The notes under the pieces are model-generated. The model did no database searches and had not been told where the DNA came from. It was given only the letters and a program-made list of their open reading frames with translations. Source: Patescibacteria group bacterium (GTDB lineage: Bacteria; Patescibacteriota; Patescibacteriia; XYB2-FULL-38-15). From it: a DNA stretch of 64,000 nucleotides. Of this stretch, positions 30,899 to 40,098 are shown piece after piece. The stretch's first letter is position 1. The number at the start of each line of letters is the position of its first letter. The position numbers were made by a program, and so were the translations under genes. The DNA is taken from positions 427,302-491,301 of the forward strand of contig JBAZJZ010000001.1 of the NCBI GenBank assembly GCA_041650995.1, given 5' to 3'.

Positions 30899-33142
30899 AT
30901 GAAAAAAACAAAACGCCAAGATTTTTATCGCGTTCTCCTGATATTTTTTTCTTTCGCGTTTTTATTTTTTTCTAATCCTGTTTCAGCAAAAGAAGTCCCC
31001 TGCGAATACATCCCAAGGGACAGCAGCGGAAAAATCATTTACTTTGAGGGTACTGACGCCAACCACCAACCATGGAGTAGAGAAATGGAGGAAGCAGAAT
31101 GTTTGGCAAAATGCAGTAGTGAGTCGCCTACCGGCTTAAAATTCGACTGCGCTGGAGGGTGGAGCGGCGGCTTATTCGAAAAACCAACTGGCTGTGATCC
31201 TGCTCGCACAACATGCGGCCCGGTTATTAATCCAATTCTAACAGTTAATTGCAAATTTACACCAAGAAGACCAGACGGCTCAACGCTTGATGACGCCTGG
31301 GAGAGACTAACTCCTTCAGAGAGTGAATGCCGAAGTCTTTGTGCTGATAGTACAGTGCTCTGCTCAGTCACTTGCGGCACAATTATGGACACTCTCTGCT
31401 GCGACGAAACAAAAACAACTTGTGAAGCGACAGCTATTGCAGCGACCACCTCTTCGACCACTTCCCCCTATCAATTTGACTCCATAACTCCAAGTCTAGA
31501 AATTCCCCTGCCCACCCTTCCGAGTTTTTCTGAATTCACAGATCTGACTCTTCAGGGAGAGGCACCAAACAGATATCTCTGGATTCCTTGGATTGGCCAA
31601 TACATTGCTGCAATTTATAAATACGCGATTGGAATAGTAGGAGTTTTAGCTGGGATTATGATTGTAGTTGGAGGTCTTCTCTGGCTAACAGCCGGGGGGT
31701 CGGCTGAAAGAGTTTCCACGGCAAAAAGCTTTATTGAAAGTTCTTTGGTTGGCTTGGTTATTGCCCTGACTTCCTACATGTTGCTTTATGTCATAAACCC
31801 TAATTTGGTGGGGTTTGAGTCGTTGAAGGTAAAGTATGTTGAAAGGGTAACGCCCGAAGCGGGCGGAGGAGGAATGGAAGCAAGGGGTGAAATCACCTCA
31901 GGTGGTGCGGGATCTGCCCAGGCCTTCAGAGCTATAAGCTGCGATGGACTCGCAGAAAGCGGCGAAGAATTTGAAGCTTTTTTCACTTCTTATTATGTTC
32001 CTGCTCCTTACGGTAATCCTTCTGGTTATACAGGCATCGCTTCAAATGAAAGTACAGGTGCCCCTTTAAACGACTCTATGAAAGATTTCTTCTGCGCCGT
32101 GGCAATGGAGTGTTCTTGCCCCAATGGTGAGAAAGATCAATCATATAAATGTTACGCAAAAAGTGGCGTATTCGCCAAAGGCGGCGCGAGAAACGGCTGG
32201 TGGCCATGCAAAGCTTTTTCTCGAGATACAAGCTATTGCGGAACAAGCGATACTCTGCCTGACGGACAGCTTCGCCACCGTCCGGGAGAAACTGTTGCTG
32301 CGGATTGCAACTGCACTTCCCATCGCTCTGGCGACTGCAAAATTGAAATAACTTTACGAAATGGCAGTAAAAAAATATTACAAATTACCGATACGGGATC
32401 AGGTATTAGAGGCAGGCGATTTGATTTTTTCACTACCATCGGTGGGGAAAAATTAAGTGGTGTTTTTAAAGTAAAATTTCTGCCCGGATGCACTCCAGCC
32501 GGAGAATATGGCGTCCCCCGTGGCAGTGCTTGCACTTTTGCGGCGCCTCCTCCCGGTCCGCTTGGCCCCCAACCAGCCAGTGCGACGAGCACGACTAGTG
32601 AAGGAAAAATTGCTGTTATTGGCGATTCAATAACAGCTGATGGCACTCAATATCAAAGTTACCTGCGATCCAACTGCGTAGGAAAAACCATGGAAATTTT
32701 CGCGCAAGTGGGTCAACAAACTTCTTGGATGCTCGAACAATTTAGAAACAATGTTAAAGGCAAAGGATTTGACGGATTAATTATCCTGGGCGGAGTTAAT
32801 GATTTATCTAGCGGAAGAACTTCTTCTCAAATTCAAACTAATTTAAATGCTATTTATTCTGAAGCTAAAACAGACGGAATAAAAGTAACTGCTGTCACGG
32901 TCTTACCATGGAAAGACTATTCGAGATGGGATACCACCAAACAGACAAATACTGAAGCACTTAATCGCTGGATTCTCGGTTCGTCAGCTGACGTGAAGGT
33001 TAACGCCTATGCTGAATTCGGAGATTCAAGCGATTCGGCAAAACTAAAAAGTATTTATGATCCTGGAGATCATTTGCATCCTAACGCCGCTGGTTCAAGA
33101 AAATTGGGTGAAATCATTGTTAACGCAGGAGCCTGCAGGTGA
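30899..33142 (+). CDS. VirB2/TrbC-like pilin fused to Cys-rich repeats, 3D-like domain and SGNH hydrolase
   Basis: Signal peptide; pilin hairpin YI..IYKYAIGIVGVLA..MIVVGG..WLTAGG...V..AK..I....GL; TVAAD...DTGSGIRGRRFDFF (3D/DPBB-like); VIGDSIT, GGVND and DHLHPN (SGNH). Confidence 0.8.
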   Translation: MKKTKRQDFYRVLLIFFSFAFLFFSNPVSAKEVPCEYIPRDSSGKIIYFEGTDANHQPWSREMEEAECLAKCSSESPTGLKFDCAGGWSGGLFEKPTGCDPARTTCGPVINPILTVNCKFTPRRPDGSTLDDAWERLTPSESECRSLCADSTVLCSVTCGTIMDTLCCDETKTTCEATAIAATTSSTTSPYQFDSITPSLEIPLPTLPSFSEFTDLTLQGEAPNRYLWIPWIGQYIAAIYKYAIGIVGVLAGIMIVVGGLLWLTAGGSAERVSTAKSFIESSLVGLVIALTSYMLLYVINPNLVGFESLKVKYVERVTPEAGGGGMEARGEITSGGAGSAQAFRAISCDGLAESGEEFEAFFTSYYVPAPYGNPSGYTGIASNESTGAPLNDSMKDFFCAVAMECSCPNGEKDQSYKCYAKSGVFAKGGARNGWWPCKAFSRDTSYCGTSDTLPDGQLRHRPGETVAADCNCTSHRSGDCKIEITLRNGSKKILQITDTGSGIRGRRFDFFTTIGGEKLSGVFKVKFLPGCTPAGEYGVPRGSACTFAAPPPGPLGPQPASATSTTSEGKIAVIGDSITADGTQYQSYLRSNCVGKTMEIFAQVGQQTSWMLEQFRNNVKGKGFDGLIILGGVNDLSSGRTSSQIQTNLNAIYSEAKTDGIKVTAVTVLPWKDYSRWDTTKQTNTEALNRWILGSSADVKVNAYAEFGDSSDSAKLKSIYDPGDHLHPNAAGSRKLGEIIVNAGACR
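30991..31845 (+). repeat. 855-bp direct repeat, copy 1
   Basis: Line-by-line comparison shows no mismatch with 33246-34100 (offset 2255). Confidence 0.93.
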
Positions 33143-33159
33143 GAGATTAAATTAAAAAT

Positions 33160-34863
33160 ATGATAAAATACCGCCGCAAAATTTTCCTGCTTATTTTTTT
33201 AATTCCTTTTTTATTTATATTTTTTTATGAGACAACTTCAGCGGTAGAAGTCCCCTGCGAATACATCCCAAGGGACAGCAGCGGAAAAATCATTTACTTT
33301 GAGGGTACTGACGCCAACCACCAACCATGGAGTAGAGAAATGGAGGAAGCAGAATGTTTGGCAAAATGCAGTAGTGAGTCGCCTACCGGCTTAAAATTCG
33401 ACTGCGCTGGAGGGTGGAGCGGCGGCTTATTCGAAAAACCAACTGGCTGTGATCCTGCTCGCACAACATGCGGCCCGGTTATTAATCCAATTCTAACAGT
33501 TAATTGCAAATTTACACCAAGAAGACCAGACGGCTCAACGCTTGATGACGCCTGGGAGAGACTAACTCCTTCAGAGAGTGAATGCCGAAGTCTTTGTGCT
33601 GATAGTACAGTGCTCTGCTCAGTCACTTGCGGCACAATTATGGACACTCTCTGCTGCGACGAAACAAAAACAACTTGTGAAGCGACAGCTATTGCAGCGA
33701 CCACCTCTTCGACCACTTCCCCCTATCAATTTGACTCCATAACTCCAAGTCTAGAAATTCCCCTGCCCACCCTTCCGAGTTTTTCTGAATTCACAGATCT
33801 GACTCTTCAGGGAGAGGCACCAAACAGATATCTCTGGATTCCTTGGATTGGCCAATACATTGCTGCAATTTATAAATACGCGATTGGAATAGTAGGAGTT
33901 TTAGCTGGGATTATGATTGTAGTTGGAGGTCTTCTCTGGCTAACAGCCGGGGGGTCGGCTGAAAGAGTTTCCACGGCAAAAAGCTTTATTGAAAGTTCTT
34001 TGGTTGGCTTGGTTATTGCCCTGACTTCCTACATGTTGCTTTATGTCATAAACCCTAATTTGGTGGGGTTTGAGTCGTTGAAGGTAAAGTATGTTGAAAG
34101 AATCCCTACCAACGAAATTGTAAGTAACCTTTTAAGTACAACTGAGACTTTCACGGGAGATCCTGAGTCGAATAGACCTGCCCCGCAATCGTTTCCTGAC
34201 TGCCCAATTGACCTTAGCGCCCCCCATGTCGAAGGCGAGGGACCGAATAATCCTCGCGCACAAGAATTTAAACAAAAAATAATGACTGTAATAACAGGGG
34301 TAACCCCAAGAGAGAAAGTTGTGCAACTTGCCCAAGCAGCTTTAAAATGCGGAGTAACACTCGGAAGCTGTGGAAAATTTAGTGAAAATATTAATGCTCT
34401 AGCCGGAATCTCCGGTAGAGGAAGTTCTCTTCATGAAATTACTGGAGATCAAATGAAATTCTTATGTAAACTAAATTGTGGGGATCGTCCTGGCGTAAGT
34501 AATATTTGTGTTTCCCCCAGAGAAGCTCCTTGTCTTTCCGAAGCTAGAAGCATTCCGACCGCAGAAAAGAAAAAAACCGTCTACGATAAATTAAAAAATG
34601 AAATCTCGGGAAGTAGGGGTTGCGCCACAACATGGCCGGACTGCTGGGCAAACGATTTAGAGATAGGCGATTCATTTGTGATTTTCAACGCTAATTCCGA
34701 TCCGCCAGGCAATCATACAGCAATTTTCTTAGGGTGGGCTTCTGAGGGAAAGGCATACACGATTAATGGTGCCGCCGGAAGAGTTCCGTGGGAACATGCT
34801 TGGTGTATAAAAAGTACCTGTCCTAACCCATATCCTCTCGTAAGGGTTTATAAAGCTCAATAA
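33160..34863 (+). CDS. VirB2/TrbC-like pilin fused to Cys-rich repeats and a putative NlpC/P60/CHAP-like domain
   Basis: Same N-terminal and pilin block as the upstream gene; C-terminus has GSCGKF ... DLEIGD.FVI ... GNHTAIFLG, a Cys-His papain-like pattern. Confidence 0.72.
   Translation: MIKYRRKIFLLIFLIPFLFIFFYETTSAVEVPCEYIPRDSSGKIIYFEGTDANHQPWSREMEEAECLAKCSSESPTGLKFDCAGGWSGGLFEKPTGCDPARTTCGPVINPILTVNCKFTPRRPDGSTLDDAWERLTPSESECRSLCADSTVLCSVTCGTIMDTLCCDETKTTCEATAIAATTSSTTSPYQFDSITPSLEIPLPTLPSFSEFTDLTLQGEAPNRYLWIPWIGQYIAAIYKYAIGIVGVLAGIMIVVGGLLWLTAGGSAERVSTAKSFIESSLVGLVIALTSYMLLYVINPNLVGFESLKVKYVERIPTNEIVSNLLSTTETFTGDPESNRPAPQSFPDCPIDLSAPHVEGEGPNNPRAQEFKQKIMTVITGVTPREKVVQLAQAALKCGVTLGSCGKFSENINALAGISGRGSSLHEITGDQMKFLCKLNCGDRPGVSNICVSPREAPCLSEARSIPTAEKKKTVYDKLKNEISGSRGCATTWPDCWANDLEIGDSFVIFNANSDPPGNHTAIFLGWASEGKAYTINGAAGRVPWEHAWCIKSTCPNPYPLVRVYKAQ
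33246..34100 (+). repeat. 855-bp direct repeat, copy 2
   Basis: Identical to 30991-31845. Confidence 0.93.
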
Positions 34864-34882
34864 ATCTTACTAAAATAAAAGG

Positions 34883-36265
34883 ATGCCCATAAAATCTCTA
34901 ATTTACGAGTGTTCCAAATGCGGAGCTCAATCCACTAAGTGGGCTGGGCGGTGTTTGGAATGCGGTGCATGGGGAACCTTGGCGGAAGTAATGAAATCTG
35001 AAAACCAGAAAACACGAGAATCGGAAAAAATGCCAATGGGCAGAGTTATCAATTTTAATGAGGTTACGGGAAAAGATTTTGCGCGGATTAAAACCGGCAT
35101 TAATGAACTGGATCAAGTTTTGGGCGGCGGGATTGTTCCTGGATCGCTCATACTTCTAGGCGGCGAACCGGGAATCGGAAAATCTACGCTTGTGGCGCAA
35201 ATGGCTGCGGTCGCAAAAAATGGAAACACTCTTTATGTTTCCGGCGAAGAATCTGCCGAACAAATAAAAATGCGTCTGGACCGACTAGCGTTAAAAACTA
35301 GTTCACTCCAATTTTTGGGTGAAACAAATATTGATATGATTTGCCGAACTATAGAAAAATTAAAACCTGTCATGGCGATAATTGATTCAATCCAAACAAT
35401 GGCCACTCCCGATCTTCCTTCCGAGGCTGGCAGTGTAAATCAAGTCCGCGCCTGCACCGTAAAACTTCTTGAAGTCGCCAAAAAAAATAATATTCCGATT
35501 TTCATAATTGGCCATGTTACGAAAGAAGGCCAAGTCGCCGGACCAAAAACTTTAGAACACTTGGTTGATACTGTCCTCTATCTTGAAGGCGATCGCTTTC
35601 ATGCTTACAGGCTACTGCGCACCGTAAAAAATAGATTTGGCGGAACAGACGAAGTGGGAATTTTTGAAATGCAATCGGGCGGTCTCCAGGAAGTTAAAAA
35701 TCCGTCGGCAATTTTTCTTGAAGAACGTGACGAGGAAATCGCCGGCTCGGCCACGACTTGCGTCATTGAAGGTTCGCGGCCATTGCTCGTTGAAATTCAA
35801 TCGCTTGTTTCCCGCACGTATTTTGGATATCCGCAACGCCGTTCCGGCGGTTTTGATTTAAACCGGCTGCAGTTACTTCTCGCGGTTTTAGGAAAAAGAG
35901 CGGGAATAAATTTGGGGACGCACGACGTTCATTTAAATGTCGCTGGAGGCTACAAAATCCAGGAACCGGCCTGCGATTTAGCCGTCGTGCTCGCTGTGGC
36001 ATCAGCTTTTAAAAACAAACCTCTTCCGCGCGAAATGCTCGCTTTTGGCGAAGTTGGTTTGGGAGGTGAAGTCCGCGCTGCCGGCCAAATTGAAAAAAGA
36101 ATAAATGAGGCGGAAAAAATGGGATTTAAAGAAATTCTGGCGCCGAATTTTAAACAGCCGGTTAAAGGACAAATAAAAATTACAAAAATAAAAAATATCG
36201 CCGAAGCAATAAGATATCTTCATCTTGAAGGAAAAAACACTGAAGAAAAAAATGAAGAAAATTAA
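34883..36265 (+). CDS. radA: DNA repair protein RadA/Sms
   Basis: C4 zinc finger, GGEPGIGKST, KNRFG and GEVGLGGEVR motifs. Confidence 0.97.
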   Translation: MPIKSLIYECSKCGAQSTKWAGRCLECGAWGTLAEVMKSENQKTRESEKMPMGRVINFNEVTGKDFARIKTGINELDQVLGGGIVPGSLILLGGEPGIGKSTLVAQMAAVAKNGNTLYVSGEESAEQIKMRLDRLALKTSSLQFLGETNIDMICRTIEKLKPVMAIIDSIQTMATPDLPSEAGSVNQVRACTVKLLEVAKKNNIPIFIIGHVTKEGQVAGPKTLEHLVDTVLYLEGDRFHAYRLLRTVKNRFGGTDEVGIFEMQSGGLQEVKNPSAIFLEERDEEIAGSATTCVIEGSRPLLVEIQSLVSRTYFGYPQRRSGGFDLNRLQLLLAVLGKRAGINLGTHDVHLNVAGGYKIQEPACDLAVVLAVASAFKNKPLPREMLAFGEVGLGGEVRAAGQIEKRINEAEKMGFKEILAPNFKQPVKGQIKITKIKNIAEAIRYLHLEGKNTEEKNEEN

Positions 36266-36845
36266 AAAAGATTTTTATAATAGAAAAACATTAAAAGTTG
36301 CCCGGGAAATCCTGGGTAAATTTTTAGTTATAAAAATTGACAATAAAATAATCGCCGGAAAAATTGTGGAAACCGAGGGCTATGTCGGACCGAGTGATTT
36401 AGCTTCACACGCCTCCCGAGGAAAAACAGCCCGCACCGCACCGATGTTTGGCCCTCCCGGCCATGCTTATATTTATTTGGTTTACGGATTAAATTATTGT
36501 TTTAACATCGTCACGGAAAAAGAAAATTACCCGGCCGCGGTTTTAATCCGCGCCATAGAGCCGGCAGAGGGTATTGATTTAATGAAAAAAAACCGCAAGA
36601 TAAATACTCCTACTTTTAATTTAACTAACGGCCCGGGAAAACTTTGCCAGGCATTTAAAATTGATAAAACATTAAACGCGCTAGATCTTACCAAAAATAT
36701 TTTATGGATTGAAGACCGCGGCGTAAAATTAAAAAAATCTGAAATTTTTTCTGCGAAAAGAATCGGCGTAGATTACGCCGGAAAATATAAAAATAAACCC
36801 TGGAGGTTTTATATCAAGGGCAACCCATTTGTCTCGAAAATATAA
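36252..36845 (+). CDS. mpg: 3-methyladenine DNA glycosylase (MPG/AAG family)
   Basis: IVETEGY, MFGPPGHAYIY, AVLIRAIEP, NGPGKLCQA and RIG motifs; ATG 36252 is more likely than TTG 36225. Confidence 0.92.
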   Translation: MKKIKKDFYNRKTLKVAREILGKFLVIKIDNKIIAGKIVETEGYVGPSDLASHASRGKTARTAPMFGPPGHAYIYLVYGLNYCFNIVTEKENYPAAVLIRAIEPAEGIDLMKKNRKINTPTFNLTNGPGKLCQAFKIDKTLNALDLTKNILWIEDRGVKLKKSEIFSAKRIGVDYAGKYKNKPWRFYIKGNPFVSKI

Positions 36846-36846
36846 A

Positions 36847-38895
36847 CTATTCCAGATGAACTTTTTCTAAAAAATTACCTAATTTATCACGAAGGTCCGG
36901 ATATTTCACCAAATCCGGATCTTTTTTTATAAAATTTTCCGCCGCCGCCTTAGCTTCTTTTATAATCGCGTAATCCGTGAGTGTCGCGATTTGTAAGTCC
37001 GGCATCCCCGATTGCCTAACCCCCCAAACTTCTCCAGGACCGCGAAATTCTAAATCTTTCTCTGCCAGGGCAAACCCATCATTACAAGTCGTCATTACGA
37101 GTAATCTTCTAGCTGCTTCTTCACTATCACTATCCGAAAATAAAAAACAATATGACTGGAAATCTGAACGGCCTACTCTCCCCCGAAACTGGTGCAATTG
37201 GGCCAGGCCAAATCGCTCGGCCCCCTCAATCATCATAATTGTCGCGTTTGGAACATCAACACCCACTTCCACAACCGACGTGGAAACCAAAATATTTATT
37301 TTATTTTCTAAAAATTCTCTCATTGTTTTTTCTTTATCTTCTGATTTCATTTTTCCGTGCAAAAGACCTATTTTCAATTCCGGAAAAATTTCCTGGCTCA
37401 ACTTTTTATATTCTTCCTTCGCTGATTTAACTCCTAACTTGTCGGATTGATCAATTAACGGACAAATCACAAAAACTTGCCGACTATCTTTTATTTCTTT
37501 TCTGATAAAATTGTAAGCCGCGTTTCTTTTTTCCGGAGACACAACTTTAGTCAAAATTTTCTTTCGTCCAACTGGCAATTCCTTTATGACTGAAACATCC
37601 AAGTCGCCGTAAAAAACTAAAGACATTGTTCTTGGAATCGGCGTAGCGGTCATGGAAAGGAAGTGCGGACTTTCTTTATCGCCTTTCAGGGCTTGCCGCT
37701 GTTTTACGCCAAAACGGTGCTGTTCATCAACAATCGCCAAACCTAACTTATCAATTTTAACATCATCTTGAATCAACGCGTGCGTGCCGATAATAAGATC
37801 TGAATTATTAATAATAAATTCCGTATCATTATTTTTTTCTGTCTCACAATTTATTTTCTTTTCACTACGAGTTACCAAACCAATTTTTAAATTACTAAAC
37901 AATTTACAAAAAGTATTAAAATGCTGTTTCGCTAAAATTTCCGTCGGGGCCATTAAAATTGTCCTGTACCCGTTTAGAAAAACATTCAAAATAGCTATTG
38001 CCGCCACCACCGTTTTACCAGAACCAACGTCCCCTTCCAAAAGACGATTCATCGGCTTCCCCGCCCCCATATCCTGTAAAATTTCCCAAGCGGCCTGGCG
38101 TTGACCATTAGTTAATTTAAAGGGCAGGCCCGCAGTAAATTTTTTTGTTTTTTCCTCCTGGAAAGAAATCCTCGGCGCTACACTTTTTTGTAAATTATTT
38201 TTTAGCAATAAATTTTGCAGCTGGACTAAAAACAATTCGTTGAATTTAAGACGATGGCGGGCAGCCTTTACCAGATCAACACTTTCCGGAAAATGAATCT
38301 GCTTCAAAGTCCGATTTAAATCAATCAGCCTAAATTCCTTTCTAATTTCCGCGGGCAGCCAATCACGAATCTTAAGGGCCAATGGCGCGATTAATTTAAC
38401 TAAAAATCTTAATTGCTTATTGGTTAAATTTTCCGTTGTGCCATAAACCGGAACAATTCTCGCCGTATGAATCGCCTCCCCAACCGCTCCAACTTTTTCG
38501 TATGATGGAGAAGTTAAGTGTATTCCAAAACGATCAAAATCAACCTTGCCCGACAAAAATATTTCATCTCCCACTTTCAAAATTTTTGTGAGAAATGGCT
38601 GGTTAAACCAAACAACTTTAATTGACCCCGAATTATCAGAAACCAGGGCTTCGGTAATATTTTTTCTTTTATGAAAGCTTCTCGTATTTTTTATTAACTC
38701 CACTGTCCCCCGACAAGTCCCCGCTGAACCATAAGTCATCTGGCTGATCGGCAAAATTTTACTCCAATCTTCATACCGGAAAGGAAAATAAAAAAGAAGG
38801 TCTTCGGCAGTTCGGAGACCTAAATTTTGTAATTTTTTTGATGTCGCCTTTCCAACCCGTAGCAGATTCTCCACTGGCGTTTCCAGGGTAATCAT
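36847..38895 (-). CDS. recG: ATP-dependent DNA helicase RecG
   Basis: MNRLLEGDVGSGKT, DEQHRFG, MTATPIPRT and LHQFRGRVGR motifs. Confidence 0.97.
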   Translation of the reverse strand: MITLETPVENLLRVGKATSKKLQNLGLRTAEDLLFYFPFRYEDWSKILPISQMTYGSAGTCRGTVELIKNTRSFHKRKNITEALVSDNSGSIKVVWFNQPFLTKILKVGDEIFLSGKVDFDRFGIHLTSPSYEKVGAVGEAIHTARIVPVYGTTENLTNKQLRFLVKLIAPLALKIRDWLPAEIRKEFRLIDLNRTLKQIHFPESVDLVKAARHRLKFNELFLVQLQNLLLKNNLQKSVAPRISFQEEKTKKFTAGLPFKLTNGQRQAAWEILQDMGAGKPMNRLLEGDVGSGKTVVAAIAILNVFLNGYRTILMAPTEILAKQHFNTFCKLFSNLKIGLVTRSEKKINCETEKNNDTEFIINNSDLIIGTHALIQDDVKIDKLGLAIVDEQHRFGVKQRQALKGDKESPHFLSMTATPIPRTMSLVFYGDLDVSVIKELPVGRKKILTKVVSPEKRNAAYNFIRKEIKDSRQVFVICPLIDQSDKLGVKSAKEEYKKLSQEIFPELKIGLLHGKMKSEDKEKTMREFLENKINILVSTSVVEVGVDVPNATIMMIEGAERFGLAQLHQFRGRVGRSDFQSYCFLFSDSDSEEAARRLLVMTTCNDGFALAEKDLEFRGPGEVWGVRQSGMPDLQIATLTDYAIIKEAKAAAENFIKKDPDLVKYPDLRDKLGNFLEKVHLE

Positions 38896-38928
38896 TTTTA
38901 TAATCCTTTTTAATTCAGATTAGTTCTA

Positions 38929-39000
38929 TGCGCCCGCGAGGAATCGAACCTCGATCACAAGCTCCGCAAGCTTGTACTCTATCCGTTGAGCTACGGGCGC
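38929..39000 (-). tRNA. tRNA-Arg (anticodon GCG)
   Basis: Minus strand GCGCCCG acceptor stem, AGCTCAACGGATAGAGT D arm, CAAGC-TTGCGGA-GCTTG anticodon arm and GGTTCGATTCC T arm; CCA not encoded. Confidence 0.93.
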
Positions 39001-39216
39001 AAAAAAATAATCTCAACTAAACAAAATGCCTTTATCTATTTAAACAAAAAAGATGATTTTTGTCCATCACATACAAAATCTGGTTTTTAGCGCTACGTTC
39101 ATTGGATCTTACAAAAATTTCACTGGACCCTACGGACAATTTACTTAGAACCAAATTTTGTACGTGATCCAATCAAAGAACGAGCCGCCAAGGCTCGTCT
39201 TTTAGTTTAAATGCAA

Positions 39217-39711
39217 TTAAATTTTTAAAAATCTTTCGTATTCCTCGGATAATGGTTCGCGCTCTTCATCCAAATTTTCCGCCAGATACTTTAAAAGAAT
39301 TTCTCTTACTCTGACTGGATTTTGGTTGTTGAGAGGAATTGATAATCTCGACCTCAAACCTTTTAAGTTAAAATACAAATTTTTTACTTCCGGCGGTTCG
39401 TAAATAATGTAAAAACAAACAAAATCTTTCCAAGTATGAAATTTTTTTCCGACGCCAATCCCCTTTTCAGAAATATTAAAATCGATTTCCATCGGCTCCT
39501 CGCGCGCCCGAATAAAAATAATTACCGCTGCTAAAATCAAAATAACCGCAAAAAGAAAATCTAACGTATAAATAGCGTACAACAAAAGCAACGCAAGCAC
39601 TATCCCCGCCCAAAGATACCAGTGACGACCTCTTTCGTGCTTAGTGTATTCGGGTATTTTCCACCCGGCTAAAATTGCACCATATTCTACATTTTTTGTT
39701 TCTTCGGACAT
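39217..39711 (-). CDS. hypothetical two-TM membrane protein
   Basis: W..PEY..HERG..WY, two TMs, then a soluble domain. Confidence 0.7.
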   Translation of the reverse strand: MSEETKNVEYGAILAGWKIPEYTKHERGRHWYLWAGIVLALLLLYAIYTLDFLFAVILILAAVIIFIRAREEPMEIDFNISEKGIGVGKKFHTWKDFVCFYIIYEPPEVKNLYFNLKGLRSRLSIPLNNQNPVRVREILLKYLAENLDEEREPLSEEYERFLKI

Positions 39712-39740
39712 ATTTTTATCAGCTAATCAAAATAAAACAG

Positions 39741-39764
39741 AAAACGGAGAGGGAGGGATTCGAA
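39741..39764 (-). repeat. 24-bp duplicate of the tRNA-Ser(GCT) 3' end
   Basis: AAAACGGAGAGGGAGGGATTCGAA occurs at both 39741-39764 and 39862-39885. Confidence 0.85.
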
Positions 39765-39865
39765 GGCCCCTCGGTGCGCAAGCGCCCATAAAGGACTTGC
39801 GGGGCGCGGTTTCTTCCCGATCCCTCAGGTTTTTTGAAATCTGCCTGAAGACAAATTTCAAAAAA

Positions 39866-39956
39866 CGGAGAGGGAGGGATTCGAACCCTCGATACGGACT
39901 TTCGACCGTATAACGGTTTAGCAAACCGCTGCCTTCAGCCGCTCGGCCACCTCTCC
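39866..39956 (-). tRNA. tRNA-Ser (anticodon GCT)
   Basis: GGAGAGG acceptor stem, GCGGT-TTGCTAA-ACCGT anticodon arm, long variable arm and GGTTCGAATCC T arm. Confidence 0.95.
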
Positions 39957-39967
39957 ACTTCAAGGCA

Positions 39968-40057
39968 TGGCGGAGAGGGTGAGATTCGAACTCACGGTCC
40001 CCTTGCGAGGACTCCGGTTTTCAAGACCGGTGCAATAGTCCACTCTGCCACCTCTCC
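39968..40057 (-). tRNA. tRNA-Ser (anticodon TGA)
   Basis: GGAGAGG acceptor stem, CCGGT-CTTGAAA-ACCGG anticodon arm, long variable arm, encoded CCA. Confidence 0.95.
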
Positions 40058-40098
40058 ATACCAGATGGGATCAATTTATCATCTTTTTCTTAAAATGT

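Noticed and set aside
31039-33716. Identical 140-aa minus-strand ORFs at 31039..31461 and 33294..33716
   Set aside because: They are antisense by-products of the 855-bp repeat within the pilin genes.
39644-39963. ORFs 39644..39913 and 39727..39963
   Set aside because: They overlap tRNA-Ser(GCT) and its duplicated 3' end and are spurious.
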